From assembly GCA_030390025.1 (NCBI GenBank), contig CM059433.1, forward strand, positions 29,080,001 to 29,144,000: a stretch of DNA of 64,000 nt, given 5' to 3'. The notes beneath the pieces are model-generated. The model was not told where the DNA came from and did not search any database. It saw nothing but the letters and a program-made list of their open reading frames with translations. Numbering within the stretch: the stretch's first letter is position 1; every line of letters starts with the position of its first letter. Of the stretch, positions 50,473 through 63,741 are shown piece by piece. Source of the DNA: Squalus acanthias (lineage: Eukaryota). The translations under genes were made by a program, and so were the position numbers.

Positions 50473-51112
50473 AGAAAGAAAGATTTGCATTTCTATAGCA
50501 CCGTTCATAACCTCAGGCCGTCCCAAAGAGCTTTGCAACCATTTAAGTACTTTTTGCTGTTTAGTCACTGTTGTAATGCAGGGAAACGTGGCAGCCAATT
50601 TGTGCACAGCAAGGTCCCACAAACAGTAATGTAATAATGGCCAGATAATCTGTTTTTAGGAGTTGGTTGAGGGATAAATATTGGCCAGGACACCGGGGAG
50701 AACTCCCCTGCTCTTCTTCGAATAGTGCCATGGGATCTTTTACGTCCACCTGAGAGGGCAGACGGGGCCCTGGTTTAACATTTCATTCGAAAGACGGCAC
50801 CTCCAACAGTGCAGCACTCCCTCAGTACTGTGTGGTGGTGCGAGTGCCAAATGTGTCCAACATCCTCAGCATGAAGTCCAGGTGCATGTCGCCAGTCAGC
50901 TGCCCGCCCGAAAGTGGCAATCGTACAGTGGGTGCGAGAGGATGTTCAGGCGGGAGGAGGCCGCTGGCCAACACACAAGGAAGGCTCGCCAGCAATTAGG
51001 TTCATCACGGGAGCGTCTCTTCTGATTCCAGATCCTCTTCCTGGTGCCTACTCTCACCTCCAACAGTGCAGCACTCCCTCAGTGTGGCACTAAAGTGTCA
51101 ACCTGGATTATG
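50473..51112 (-). mobile_element. SacSINE1-like SINE with an internal insertion
   Basis: SINE at 50473-50826 resumes at 51055-51112. Confidence 0.8.
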
Positions 51113-51786
51113 TAACTGCCCACCAGATTGTACAAAGGAATATAGGAATTGCTAGATGAAAAAAGGACCCTGGTCCATCTAGTTCCCCTTCTAGCATCCT
51201 GGTAGTCACTTGATACAGTGATAATGGAGTTGTTGATTAATCATAGCAAACAATCTCAATCAATTAGTCTACAACAGACCCAGACATGAGGTGAGGAAAA
51301 CCCCCAGTGGTGGAGAGTTTTGGGAACCATAGTCATCTTTTTCCTCCCAAGCATGCTACACTGACCACATGTCATATCTCAAATTACTCATACACCGTAT
51401 CCCAAAATGTTATTTTCTGAAATCTATCTAATTTGCATTTGAATGAATCAATACTAACTGCTTCTACCATCTCCCTAGGAGTCCTACATAATACTGTTAT
51501 TCTAAAAATTACATATTTTGTATTCTTGGGATTTGGGCGTCGCTGCCAAACCAGGCCCAGATGTCCTGAGAAGGTGGGCCGTCTTCCTGAATACAGCTAA
51601 GTGGCTTACTAGGCCACTTCAGAGGAAGGTTAAGAGTCAACCACCTTGGTGTGGGACTGGAGTCACATATAGGCTAGACTGGATAAGGACGGCAGGTTTC
51701 TTTCCCTAAAGGATGTTAGTGAAGTGAACCAGTTGGATTTTTATGACAATGCAACAGCTTCTTGGTCACTTCTATTGATACCAGCT

Positions 51787-52212
51787 TGTGGGTTCAAGCC
51801 CCACTCCAGAGACTTGAGCACAAAATCTAGGCTGATACTCCCAGTGCAGTATTGTTGGAGGTGCCATTGTTTGGATGAGACGTTCAACTGAGGCCCCATC
51901 TGCCCCCTCAGGTGGGTATAAAAGATCCCGTGGCACTATTTTGAAGAAGACCAGGGGAGTTCTTCCTAAGTGTCCTGGGCCAATATTTATCCCTCAAGCA
52001 ACATCAGTAAAACAGATTATCTGGTCATTATCACATTGCTCTTTGTGGAACCTTGCTGTGTTCAAATTGGCTACCGTGTTCCCTACATTACAGCAGTGAC
52101 TACACTTCTAAAATACTTGATTGACTGTAAAGCGTTTTGGGTAATCCTGAAATTGTGAAAGGCACTGTATTGTTGTTGTTGTTGTTTTTGTTATATAAAT
52201 GCAAGTTCTTTT
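51787..52212 (+). mobile_element. SacSINE1-like SINE
   Basis: B box, core and tail. Confidence 0.8.
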
Positions 52213-52726
52213 TAATGAGCCAGTTTAGCTGGTCAGTGATTAATAGTGTCTGGGAGTACTGTTGACTTCCCCGTTTCAGGTGTCAGATTACCGAGTCTGC
52301 CACAGAGAGGGGACCTGGTTCCAAACTTTTAATGACATACACATCATCTTGGAGCCACTTTGATTTCAAAGAAATTTAATTTACCTCCCACCCCCACAAG
52401 GAGGATATCTGGTCATCAGACAACTGACGAATGTGGGTTTGAGTCTTTCCTAGGTATTCGGCAAGTACTAGGAGCTCCTCATCAATGACATGGTGAGCAG
52501 CAGAACTGACTGTAAAATGTGTGAGCGCATTGCCATTAACCTCCTAAGCACAACATGGACACTCACCATGTCCTATTGAACGTTCATTCCATGGGTTGGA
52601 GGTGGCTTCAGTAGCTGTTGCTAGTCTCTCTGCAACCCAATCAGTGGTAATCACTGAGCCTTAGATATATGAACATGTGTTCTCATTCCTGGCATCCAGT
52701 GACTGCCTTGAAGCAGCAGTCATTCC

Positions 52727-52982
52727 TAGTGCGCCAACTCTGGTCGGATGTATTTCTAGAGGTTTCATCACATGACCTCCTGCCTCCAACCGCCCCGCGC
52801 CCCACACACCCGCCATTGGTCACTCAACACGTCCATCCTTGTGGTGCCCCACCTTCCCACACCAATTGGAAAGCGAAAAGCTCTTCATTATCCGATTGGA
52901 TGATTCTTGACTATCAGTGTCCTGGAGATTAATCTTCATTTCCTGGAGACTCCAGGCTAATCCTGGAGGGTTGGCAACCCTA
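52727..52982. mobile_element. Non-autonomous hAT-type element
   Basis: 8-bp TSD GTCATTCC at 52719-52726 and 52983-52990. Right terminus GTTGGCAACCCTA; decayed left terminus TAGTGCGCCAAC. Confidence 0.75.
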
Positions 52983-53129
52983 GTCATTCCAAGTATCAGA
53001 GTTGGCATTCACCTGGAAATAATGTGGCAGAGTTCTGATCGCCTCCCACCCTTACCCACAGTATCAGCTTCTTTGTGAGAGTCACATGAGGCACTATTTT
53101 GAAAGCTTTACAAAAATCGCTGAAAGCAT

Positions 53130-54637
53130 TGTAAGTGGGTCTTACTGGAAGGGATAATTACAAGTCCTAGCCCTTTTGGACTACCCCAGATCAGGCGTAT
53201 TCCCCAGACGTTCACGTTCAACTAAAGTTAGCGGTAGTCGAACCCTAGAGACGCTTAATTGGGTCTAAAGGTCAGGCTACCTCTCCCTAAAGGAAAGAAA
53301 TGGCCTGAAGATGTTACCGTCCTCCGGATAGCACTTTTAACAAGTTTAACTAGACTGTAACCTTCTGGATATTATGAGGGTCCAGAAAATCCCCCAGAAT
53401 TCTGCAACTCCTTACTGAAGAGTGTACAGAAATTGAGTTCGCGAGATTGATACAGAAATACTCTTTGAGACAATTTTAAAAATATATAGATTTATTAAAG
53501 AACCGACATTTAGTTAACAGCTGGTATGGCAATCACAACTTTAACCATTCAAAATACAAATAGCTTACATTTCTTATCAGAGATCCTTATTCTCAAATCT
53601 TAACTTCGTTACATTTCCACACTTCTACTTATTTCTTAATCCAGAATATCCATCAAAATCAAATACCTTGATTACCCGAGACTCAGAGTTAAAAATTTAC
53701 AGAGCGTGCCTGTGAAGTTGAGAAACGTTTACCCTTCCAGCGACTTCTGACTCTCTATCTGAAAAGCTCTATTTTTATAGCTTTTTTTAGTGGTATTTTC
53801 TTTGAAGTTTCCTGCTGATGTAAGCTAATTATCTCTAGTGATTCTCTATTGAATTCTTTTCTATTCTTACTGTCATTTCAGCTGCCAACTCTTAGAATTC
53901 TGTCTCTACCTTTAGGTGTTTCAAAAACTATCATAAAATAGTTATTACAGATTTATCTTTTTGATGCCATTCTTAGGAAGTCTTTCTATTGAATTCTTAA
54001 TATCACTTAACTGCTTGTAAGCCAGATGTCGTGACTCCGTGGTGTTCCAAATTCAACACATAAACAATGTGATTGCTTGGTGTCATCTATTGATATTATA
54101 TCTTCAAAGCCTCTCTGTAGGTATCTTTTACAATTTATAAATTAAAAACACTTCTCTTAGGGTGTTTACTTGTTTTCTTGCTATCTCAATTGGTTGCATA
54201 TTTAATTGTGTTTCCTGTTTCTAAGTTTAACATAAAACTATTTTACGGCAGGTATTTCTTTTACTTGATATCATTTTTTCAAAGGCACTTGGTTTTTTTA
54301 ATGTTCTGTGCACCTGCTCGATGTGTTAGATTTTGACACTTTACTTGGGTCATTCCATTGTGTTTCTCCCAAACTCCAGACCTTCTGGAAGCGCCAATGG
54401 TTTGCTTCAATAGGGGCATTGTTTTTGTGTTTACAACCATCTCCCATTTCAAAGCTTGTGGTGTTTTCCAGCTTTTGTTAACACTTCACCTTATCTCAGA
54501 AGCCCGTATTGTGTTTGCAGCCTGTGTCGCCGAGGCTTTCCAGACTTTTAAACTCAGTATGTCTTGTATTAATAATATCAAAATCTTTTCATAGGATGAT
54601 GTATTTCTTGGAATATGGCTTATTCCATTACATTACA
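53130..54637 (-). mobile_element. Possible solo LTR
   Basis: TGTAA...TTACA ends. On the minus strand TATAAAA (~53771-53778) is followed by AATAAA (~53491-53496). No convincing TSD. Confidence 0.35.
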
Positions 54638-54925
54638 ATGCTCAGCGATTTGAAATAAAGCCACAACCTGTGCTATGCCTATTCCACACAAGAACTATAT
54701 TCAGCCTAAGTCTTTCTGATTACCCCACAGGCCTCAAGAGCATCTGATGCACATCCCACAACAACAAAGAAGCAGCAATCTTCTAGAGTTCCTCAGTAAC
54801 TTTTGGGCTCACTGGGATCCTCCTACTTGTGGATTACAAACATGGACTGTGCTCTGAAATACTGAGGGAATCAAACAGAATCCTATTCACTCCAGAAGTG
54901 AATCAGTGGGGTTCCTGGCACTGGT

Positions 54926-55245
54926 TCACAGAATCACAGAATCCCCACAGTGCAGATAGAGGCCATTTCAGCCCATCGAGCCTGCACCGACACATATCCC
55001 ACCCTATCCCCGTAACCCCACCTATTTAATCCCCCCTAACACTAAGGGTCAATTTATCATAGCCAAATCAACCTAACCCGCACATCTTTGGACTGTGGGA
55101 GGAAACCGGAGCACCCGGAGGAAACCCACGCAGACACGGAGAGAATGTGCAAACTCCACACAGACAGTCACCCGAGGCCGGATTCGAACCCTGGTCCCTG
55201 GCGCTGTGAGGCAACAGTGCTAACCACTATGCCACCGTGTTGCCC
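54926..55245 (-). mobile_element. HE1-like V-SINE
   Basis: tRNA head GGGCAACACGGTGGCATAGTGGTTAGCAC..GGTTCGAATCC, V-domain TGTGTGGAGTTTGCACATTCTC..GGGTTTCCTCCGGGTGCTCCGGTTTCCTCCCACA, and a CR1-like (ATTCTGTG)n tail. Confidence 0.88.
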
Positions 55246-56227
55246 AAGACCAATCCAAGACCAATCCACACTCCACCAGCCCCCAAGCAGGAACTCAGCA
55301 TGAAGACTGTCCGTGTGTGTTGCCCTACCATTAGCTAGATGATGCGGCGTGGAGTCCACGGCTTCTCATTAAACCAGTTCATTAAAGCCTTCTATCTATG
55401 CAGCAGACTCCACAAGTTTCTCTGATCATCGTGATCTCCTTACCACAGTCTGTTGGATGCCAACTCAATGCATGTTCTTTGAAGAGCGTGAGGATGTCAT
55501 CACAGATTTGTTGCCTCTTGTCAATGATTGGCACCAGCCCAGAGGAACCCATTTAATCATAATTTACAACAGACTGGCTAACGGAAAAACGTTTAGGATC
55601 ATTTCCATGTAATTGCATTTGCTTGTGGATCAACACAACCCATTGATCCCACTTCATCTCTCAAATGGCCCTCCTGATTACAAGGTATGCTGTATTAGAA
55701 TCACCTTCACAGCTCTTGCTCACTCCAAAGAGACCTCAAGTTTCGCTTTAAAGGCCATTTGCTTTCGTTTAACAGCTCAGCAGTTACCTTAACAGAATGC
55801 TGCTCAGTGGATGAGCGACCGTCAGACCCTAGCTACATTTTGTTTATGACTTCAGCTGTAGAGGCAGAGAAATCATTCGTTACATCATCTGGCATCGAGT
55901 CAGCCCTATCAATAAGTCATACAGACCGAGTCCTGGGCTTCTTGGCACAGACTCAATGGACTGAATGGGCTCCTTCTGTGCTGTACTATTCTATGATTCT
56001 ACGAATTTGTGCCTGAGTACCATGACCCAATCACTCGGCACAGGTGCTATCAGCTACACCAACTTGACAGCTGCCCTTTGTTGACAGCTAAGAACAGCCC
56101 TCTAAAGGAAGAAGATAATCGGCCAGTCCAATTGCTGTGCCCCTTTGAACCCTATGCCAATATCACATAATTGGAGAGTCCTAAAAAGAAAGTAGAGAGC
56201 ACTGCTGTCGGAGGGATTTGCCTCACC

Positions 56228-56665
56228 ATAGGAATATAGGAACAGGAGTAAGCCATTCAGTCCCTTGAGCCTGTTCTGCCATTCATTTCGATCATGGCTG
56301 ATCTGTACCTTAACTCCATCTACCCACCCTTGGTTCTGTATCCCTAACAAAAAATTATCGATCTCAGTTTTGAAATTTTCAATTGACCCCCAGCTTCAAC
56401 AGCTTTTTGGGGGAGAGAGTTCCAGATTTCCACTAGCCTTTGTGTGAAGAAGTGCTTCCTGACATCACCCCTGAACGGCCTAACTCTAATTTTAAGGTTA
56501 TGCCGCCTTGTTCTGGACTCCCCCACCCGAGGAAATTGTTTCTCTCTCTCTACCCCATTAAATCCTTGAATCATCTTAAACACCTCAATTAGATCACACT
56601 TTAATCTTCGATATTGAAGGGAATGCAAACCTCTCTATGCAAGCTGGCCTCATAATTTAACCCTT
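56228..56665 (-). mobile_element. CR1 LINE 3' fragment
   Basis: ORF 56344-56628 (DLIEVFKMIQG..RKHFFTQRLVEIWNSLP). Confidence 0.85.
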
Positions 56666-57377
56666 AAGGAGCATTGCACAGTCGGTAAACATTCCTGTGA
56701 GGACATCCAGAGAGGCACTGACTGCTTTGACAGTCCTCCAGCATTCAGTGCCTTGCAGACTTCAATGGAAGGTAAAATGGATCCTACAAACGAAGGTCCC
56801 TTGCCCAGCATACTTGGACGGATATGTAGGGGAAGGTGTCTGATTTGAGGAAAATCGTATTGGTAAGTAATGAGGGTATCTTACATTGACACCACTGCCG
56901 ATCCAATATGGTTGCAAGTATCATAAAACAAGAGCTTACATTCTACAGTGCTGCCAGCATACAGATGCTGTCTCAAAAAGCTTTACAGAGCGGTGGAAAA
57001 AAAGCTGGAGAACAAAAGCAGGAAAGGAGGAAGGTTATTAGAAGGCTTTGAAAAGAGAGCCATCAGAGATACACCAGGGAGCCTGTTAAGTTTCACAAAG
57101 GAGTGCTGTTAACCCATATCTACCAAGTAACATGTTCCAAGTGGAGTACTAAAGCGAAATGAGAACATTGTAGCAGTATTAGAACAGGCTTCAAAAGAGG
57201 GATGTGTGAAATTGCATTTGAGAAAGATTGATGATTCTCTGGAACTCACAATACAAAATCACTCACTCTGTTCTTTGAATCTTAGCCAGCAGTGTATTTG
57301 ACAGCTTATTCTGTTGTGCCTAGCAATGCAAACAGATGTATCTGCAAGCTTCATTTCTCTCTGCAAACTTTCCTCCC

Positions 57378-57648
57378 ATGTGCCTTCAGCTGCCTCGGCC
57401 CTATGCTCTCGAATTCCCTCCCTCAACCTCGCCACCTCTCTATCCTCTCCACCTCTCTCTTCTCTCCGCCTCTCTCTCCTTTAAGTCGCTCCTTAAAACC
57501 TACCTCTTTGACCAAGCTTTTGGTCACCTGTCCTAATATCTATTTATGTATCTCGGTGTCAAATTCTGCCTGATAACATTCCTGTGAAGCGCCTTGGGTT
57601 GCTGTGCTACGTAAAAGGCGATATATAAATGCAAGTTATTGTTGTTGT
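57378..57648 (+). mobile_element. L2 LINE 3' end
   Basis: FKSLLKTYLFDQAF with the L2 tail. Confidence 0.8.
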
Positions 57649-58262
57649 ATGTAATAAATACTGTATTCTTGCAAAACAAGGCAGCCATCAATAGATGCCA
57701 AGTTGTAAAGACTCGTAAAAATTCAACCATTAGGAGGCCATTATGCATTTGTAGGTTCAGAAGCTGTATGTGTCCAAGGGTTTGGTAAAGTTTGTGGAAG
57801 TGACAGTGTTCCTAATTTGGGCATTGATTATTACAGACATTCAATCTGCCAATCATTTTCGCTTTCATTAGATTAAAATACATGTGCTTCACCCTGAAAC
57901 ACAGCCTGGACTGTCATTGTAACATCAACATGCATAACTACTATGCCGATTTGTTCAATTTCTTTTTCTACAGAAAGTCAACAAGCCAGTACTGTGGACC
58001 ACCAACTTTTACTTCAGAATCATCCATATCCCTTGAACCAGGGGCCAAACCAGGCATTGACACTTTGGAAGATCATACTGTGTTTCAGGAGGGAATACAG
58101 AGTGAGTCAGTCATTGATCACAGGTTAAGGAAGGCAGGTGTGCTGATTGTACAAGATTTGTATTGCTGCTGCTGAGGGGAGATTCAGTAAGGCAGGGGCT
58201 CTGATGAATTGGTTCGTTATTCCAAATTTACAGGGCCAGGAATGAAATGCAGGATACTTCAT

Positions 58263-58480
58263 TAAAAGAAAGAACTTGCATTTATATAGCGCCTTTCAAG
58301 ACCTCAGGACATTGCAAAGCACTTTACAACCAATGAAGTACGTTTGAAGTGTGGCCATTGTTGTAATGTAGGAAACACGGCAGCCAATTTACACACAGCA
58401 AGATCCCACAAATGGCAATGTGATAATGACCAAATATTCTATTTTAGTGATGTTGGTTGAGGGATAAATATTGGTCAGGA
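58263..58480 (-). mobile_element. SacSINE1-like SINE, 3' half
   Basis: Reverse-complement match to the SINE tail. Confidence 0.75.
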
Positions 58481-59189
58481 ATTAAGGGTTGCACAAATGC
58501 GCCCTACAAATGTAATCATATATGTGTTATGAACATTCCTTGGACAACAGGAATTCACTAGAAGAACTCTAACAATCAGGAACTAAAATGCTGGCTGCTT
58601 TTCCCACTCTCTAGCACAAATGAGCTCAGCTAACTCGACAGAAATTGGACATCAAACCTTGCACCTTCCTGGTCTGTTTGACTCAGTACCACACCATTTT
58701 TTGCATTTACTCAAAGACTGAACCTCCGAATATTGAATTTGTCTGACACTTTATCAATTTATCAATTTATTATTGAAAGAGCGGTACTCAGTAAGTTATG
58801 ATATTATGGGAAGAAAATGATTGAGAGTACAAGAAAGTAACCATGTGATCTGTTTGGCTGTCTGACAAGCCATCTTGAATAGATTTTTAAAACTTACACA
58901 AGCCACTGTGCTGACAAAGTGCAGTGAGGGAAGAATTCCTCTGGTTACTATGTATAGCACCATTGTCAATTTGATTTCTAGCAAAAACATTAACCCTTTC
59001 TCAGTGAACATGTCTGCTGGAAATCCTGAAAGACGGAAATCTTCACAATCGCGTTGACAATGGGGCAAACGTGCCGATGCGCCCATCTTTCCTTGTGCCA
59101 GGAGACCATGTCGCAAAATTATACACTTCCATCCTGAATGGTCAGAAATTCATGGGCTGACAGTGCTCACTTTGGCAATATGGCTCACC

Positions 59190-59392
59190 CATAGAATTAA
59201 CAGCACAGAAACAGGCCATTCGGCCCATCTGGTCTATGCCTGGTGTTTATGCTCCACACGAGCCTCCTCCCACCCTTACTTCATCTCACCCTATCTGTAT
59301 ATCCTTCTATTCCTTTCTCCCTCATGTGTTTATCTAACTTCCCCTTAAATGCATCTATACTATTCACCTCAACTACTCCATGTGGTGGCGAG
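59190..59392 (-). mobile_element. CR1 LINE 3' end
   Basis: Same family as 1-200. Confidence 0.75.
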
Positions 59393-59713
59393 AAGGGAAA
59401 CAGAAAGCAATTCACTGTCACTTCTCTTCTAGGAATGTGTACCTTGAAGAAGTTCTGCTCTTCTCTTCGACGGGATTTCCGTTTGTCTCTTTTACCTTGT
59501 TCATCTTCATTGCTTTCTGTTTCCCTTCTCGTGTTTGACCATCCTCTAGACGTTTACACGTGCTGTACATAACATTGAAGCAGATGTAAAATCTGTACAC
59601 AACACTAGACTGGCAACAGCTTTCAGATTATAGATATTAGAGAGCAGTTTGTGTCTGTCTTGCTTCCTTCTTAGCAAAATTTCAGTCATCCGATCACACT
59701 CAGTGAAAACAAA

Positions 59714-62327
59714 GGACTAAAAATTCGGGGGCTTTATGTCACCCGTCGCCGGCAAAAAATCGCTGCTGGCGGGTCCCGTGGTGTCCTCCATTTTCCGACG
59801 CCCGGCAGCGCTGCCGGTAAGATCAAACACCCTGCAGATTTAAATAAGGGAGCAGTGACGTCAGTCGACGTACAACGCAGACTGTGGGGGTGATTTTGCC
59901 AATGGGGGTGCGTTGGAGGCGGGACTGCTGCTTGGCGGGTCGATGTCCTGCCTCCATCGATTTGTGGCCAACCCACGCTATTCTCCCTTGATTGACCTTG
60001 TTAAGCCTGCCCAGTGGGCTTAGCAGGCCAATTAAGGGAAAGCCGGTTACAGAGAACGTCAGCGTATGACGTTTCATCTGTCAAACATTTTTGACAGATG
60101 AATTGTCATCATTTGACAGCTCTGTGAAGCTGCCAAACACTGACATTCTCTGTAGTTTGATGAGTTCTTGAATTCAAGACCTCATCAAACCTCTTTCTTT
60201 TGCAGAAATTAGATGGTTGTAGCATTGGAGAATGCAACGGCCATCTGTCATCTCTGCCGTGGAGGTGCGAGACTCTCCGCATACCCAACGATTGAAGCCT
60301 GCAGGAAGAAACAAAGATAATTACACTTTTTCCAACACTTTCCACTTAGCTCACATACTCACCTCTCCACACTTGCACCCATCACTTAACTTCACAGCGC
60401 ACTTTTGCACCCCTCCGACCCCTGCAGACCCACTACTCGCCTCGGTGACCCTGGCGGGGTTCGGAACCTTTGGGAAGCCTGCACTTTTGTGGGTAAAATG
60501 CTGCAGCCACTGGGGTAGCACTGTGTGGCATCAGTAGGATAGGAAAAGGCACACACAATACAGTCACGAAGAGAATGCATAAGGGTGATGAGTTGATTTC
60601 TTTTTGTTATATTTAATGAATAGATGTATAAAGTTGGATTGGAAAGTTTGCTTTGTGGTGGCTTTTATTTCAGCATCATGGCCAAGAGGATACTGTGATG
60701 GTCAGTAACAGAGGGAAGGTAAGGTTTGGGACTAATGTTGAAAGGGGAATTGGGGTTGTGGTCACTGGTACTGCAGGCGGATGATTCTATCCCGGATATC
60801 CCGGCCAGAAAGGGGCTGTCTGGGTTGCATCCTTCCTTCTGCTTCTTCCTCTTCTGCTTCTTCCTCTTCCCCCTGCGAGCAGCTTGTCCCCTTTGCTGGC
60901 TCTTCTTCATCTCCATGTGCCCCCAGGCCTGCGGGCAAGTGGTCTTTGCAGAGGCAAAATACTGCAGATGCTGGAAATCTGAAGTAAAAACATAAAGGCC
61001 CATATTTTCCGATCGCAGACCTCCCGCGGGCGGAGACCTGCGATCTGGAAAAATCTGCGCCCTTACCTGAGGGCTCCCGGGACGCACACACTTCCGCTCC
61101 TGGGCCTCACCAAACTTGAAGTGCGCAGGGCCTACGTATCCCAGGGGCGCATGTAGTTCGCAGCGTCCCTGGGATCATGTGAGCCATGGGGAGCCAATCA
61201 CAGAAGGGAATCTCCCTTCATACATTTGACAGGAAGACCTGTCAAATATATGAATGGAGATCAATGTAAAAACATAGTAAAACTTTAAATAAATGAAAAA
61301 AATTCACATTTTTAAAATGACTTGAGATTACAATAAATTAAGTATTTTAAACAAAAATTAAATTTTTTGAAAAAAATAATTAAAGTTTTTTACGGGGCTA
61401 AAAATAAACTTACCTTTTTTAAAAGTATTTTAAAATGATAAATCAGTGAAAAAAAATATATATTTTTTTACTTTTTTGAACTCTTATCTTGGTAAAAGCA
61501 GGCCTTATGCCTGCTTTTACCAGGTGTAAGAATTGTAAGGGTTTTCTGCCGGCGGAGGGTCTCCAAAAAGTGGAACTCTCCACCCGCAGAGGCCCTTCTC
61601 CAGGGCAGCTGGAGGATCTGTCAAGAGGATTCTTGACAGATTGGAAATGCTAGTTTTCAGCGCATGTGCTGTGCATGCCTGAAACTGGCATTTCCGATGT
61701 CCCTACGGGTGGGTGCACAGCGCGCACCCACCCGTAGGGATCGGAATATCTGGGCCAAAATGTTGGAAATACTCAGCAGGTGAGGCAACGTCTTGACGTA
61801 AAACATTAACTATGTTTCTCTCTCCACGGATACTGCCTGACCTGCTGAGTATTCCCAGCATTTTCTGTCTTCTCAGAGGCCTTCCTTTACCATCCAAAGC
61901 CTTGCAAGCGTCCAGCAGCACTCCCTGCACTCCTTGCACATTTGAAAAACTTTTTAAAGGTATTGCACCAAGCCACTACTTCAACAAAATATGAAAAATT
62001 CAGTCCAAATGCTGAAATCCAAACTTACCTGAAAGATGTGTGTGGCCCTTTAAGAAGTGCTGACAGTGACTCTGCAGGGTTGCTACACGTATGTTCTTCC
62101 ATGCGTAGTTAGGAGAGGGCGTTATGGCGAGTGGTGTCGTTGTAAATTGCACGCCGATTGACGTCACAATTTGTTCATTATAATTTTAGAGGCCACGCTG
62201 GCAACAGCAGTGCTATAGCCCTCACCAAAATGGCGGCCGCCATGTCCCGCGTCAGAAGCGGGCGGCCACCATTTTTTGAAGAAATCCGGCGCAAACACGC
62301 GGCGTTAAGGCAGGGAATTTCTAGGCC
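59714..62327. mobile_element. Decayed Harbinger-like element carrying nested insertions
   Basis: Termini GGACTAAAAATTC and GAATTTCTAGGCC. The minus-strand acidic peptide EEEEAEEEEAE..GRDIRDRIIRLQYQ* resembles a Harbinger transposase C-terminus. Confidence 0.6.
60997..61756. mobile_element. Hairpin-rich Harbinger-like MITE
   Basis: Termini GGCCCATATTTTCCGATC and GATCGGAATATCTGGGCC, with AAA on both sides. It splits a Penelope-like terminal fragment. Confidence 0.8.
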
Positions 62328-62809
62328 AATTAATAATTTGTTGCAAGGACTCTTTCCCCTGCTGCAGAAGAGTGTCTTCAAAAGAGAGTATCTGTGAAAG
62401 GTGAGGCCGGGATTGGGATGGTAAGGATTTGTGCAAGAAAGCATGCTTGAACCCTCTTCACTATTTCTGTAGATGCGTGCTACTCTCTGAACTATTTAAA
62501 TTTTGTTTCGCACGATATGTCAGAAAATTGGGCCTGCCTTTGAGAATTTAATATTGCATTTCCCATGGGCAACAACTGCTTTCAGATTTTCGATCCTTCT
62601 ACTTGTACGAGTGAAACATGTGAGAAGAACATGCATTTAGTATAGCGCCTTACACGACTTCAGGATGTCCCAAACCCCTGTACAGGCAATGAAGGACTTT
62701 TGAAGTGTAGTCACTGTTGTAAAACAGGGAAACTTAAGTGAGGATATGCTAATTGGTACGGAAGGCTTCATACCTCATTGTTAACTTTCTGTCAGAACTA
62801 GTGCGATTA

Positions 62810-63270
62810 GTGTCAGCTGTGGCTCAGTGTGCAGCAGTCTTGCCTCTCAATCAGAAGGTTGTGGATTCACAGTCCCACTCCAGAGATTCGAGCACAAAGT
62901 CCAGGCTGATACTCCAGTGCAGTACCGAGGGAGTACTGCACTGTTGGCAGTTGCCGTCTTTTGGACGAGATGTTAAACCGAGGCCCTCTCCGCCCTAAAA
63001 GATCCCATGGCACTATTTGGAAGAAGAGCAGTGGAGCTCTCCACCGGTGTCCTGGTCCAATATTTATCCCTCAACCAACATCACTAAAAAAACAGCTTAT
63101 CTGGTAATTATGACATGGCTGTTTGTGGGAGCTTGCTGTGCGCAAATTGGCTGCTTGGTTTCCTACATTACAACAGTGACTACACTTCAAAAGTGCATCA
63201 TTGGCTGTAAAGTGCTTTGGGATGTTCTGTGGAAGTGAACGGCGCTGTATAAATGCAACTCTTTCCTTCT
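62810..63270 (+). mobile_element. Full-length SacSINE1-like SINE
   Basis: GTGTCAGCTGTGGCTCAGTG head, core and tail. Confidence 0.85.
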
Positions 63271-63741
63271 CGGTTTAATCCTATCTGTCACTTTATTGTC
63301 TCTCATAACTTCTGTGAATCTTCCTGCTACCTACTGCTGCCCCTCCAACAGCAGCTCTTCCTGGTCTCTGCCAAGTCTGTCTTTGTAAATTTTGTGAATC
63401 ATCTTTTTTTTATTCCTCTTGCTTCTGGATACTACAGATGTCAGCTCGCCTCATGAGAGAGATGACCTTTTTGCACTAACTTTTCTCCCCCAGCTCAATG
63501 ATCAATTGTTCCCTCTATTGAAGCACAAGTTTATCCCCATCGAGTCTGTCAGATCCTCTGCTCTCTGGATTCCAATAAGATCTCTGGTCCTGATGATATC
63601 CCTCCCATCATCTTCAAGTTGTGTACCTCTGAATTTACCTGTGTCCTATGCAGTGCTTGCAAGCTTATTTGCTTCCAGTCTACCAGACCTTTGCTTGGAT
63701 ATTTACTCATGTTCTCTGTATCCCTAGGAAAACGTGATGAT

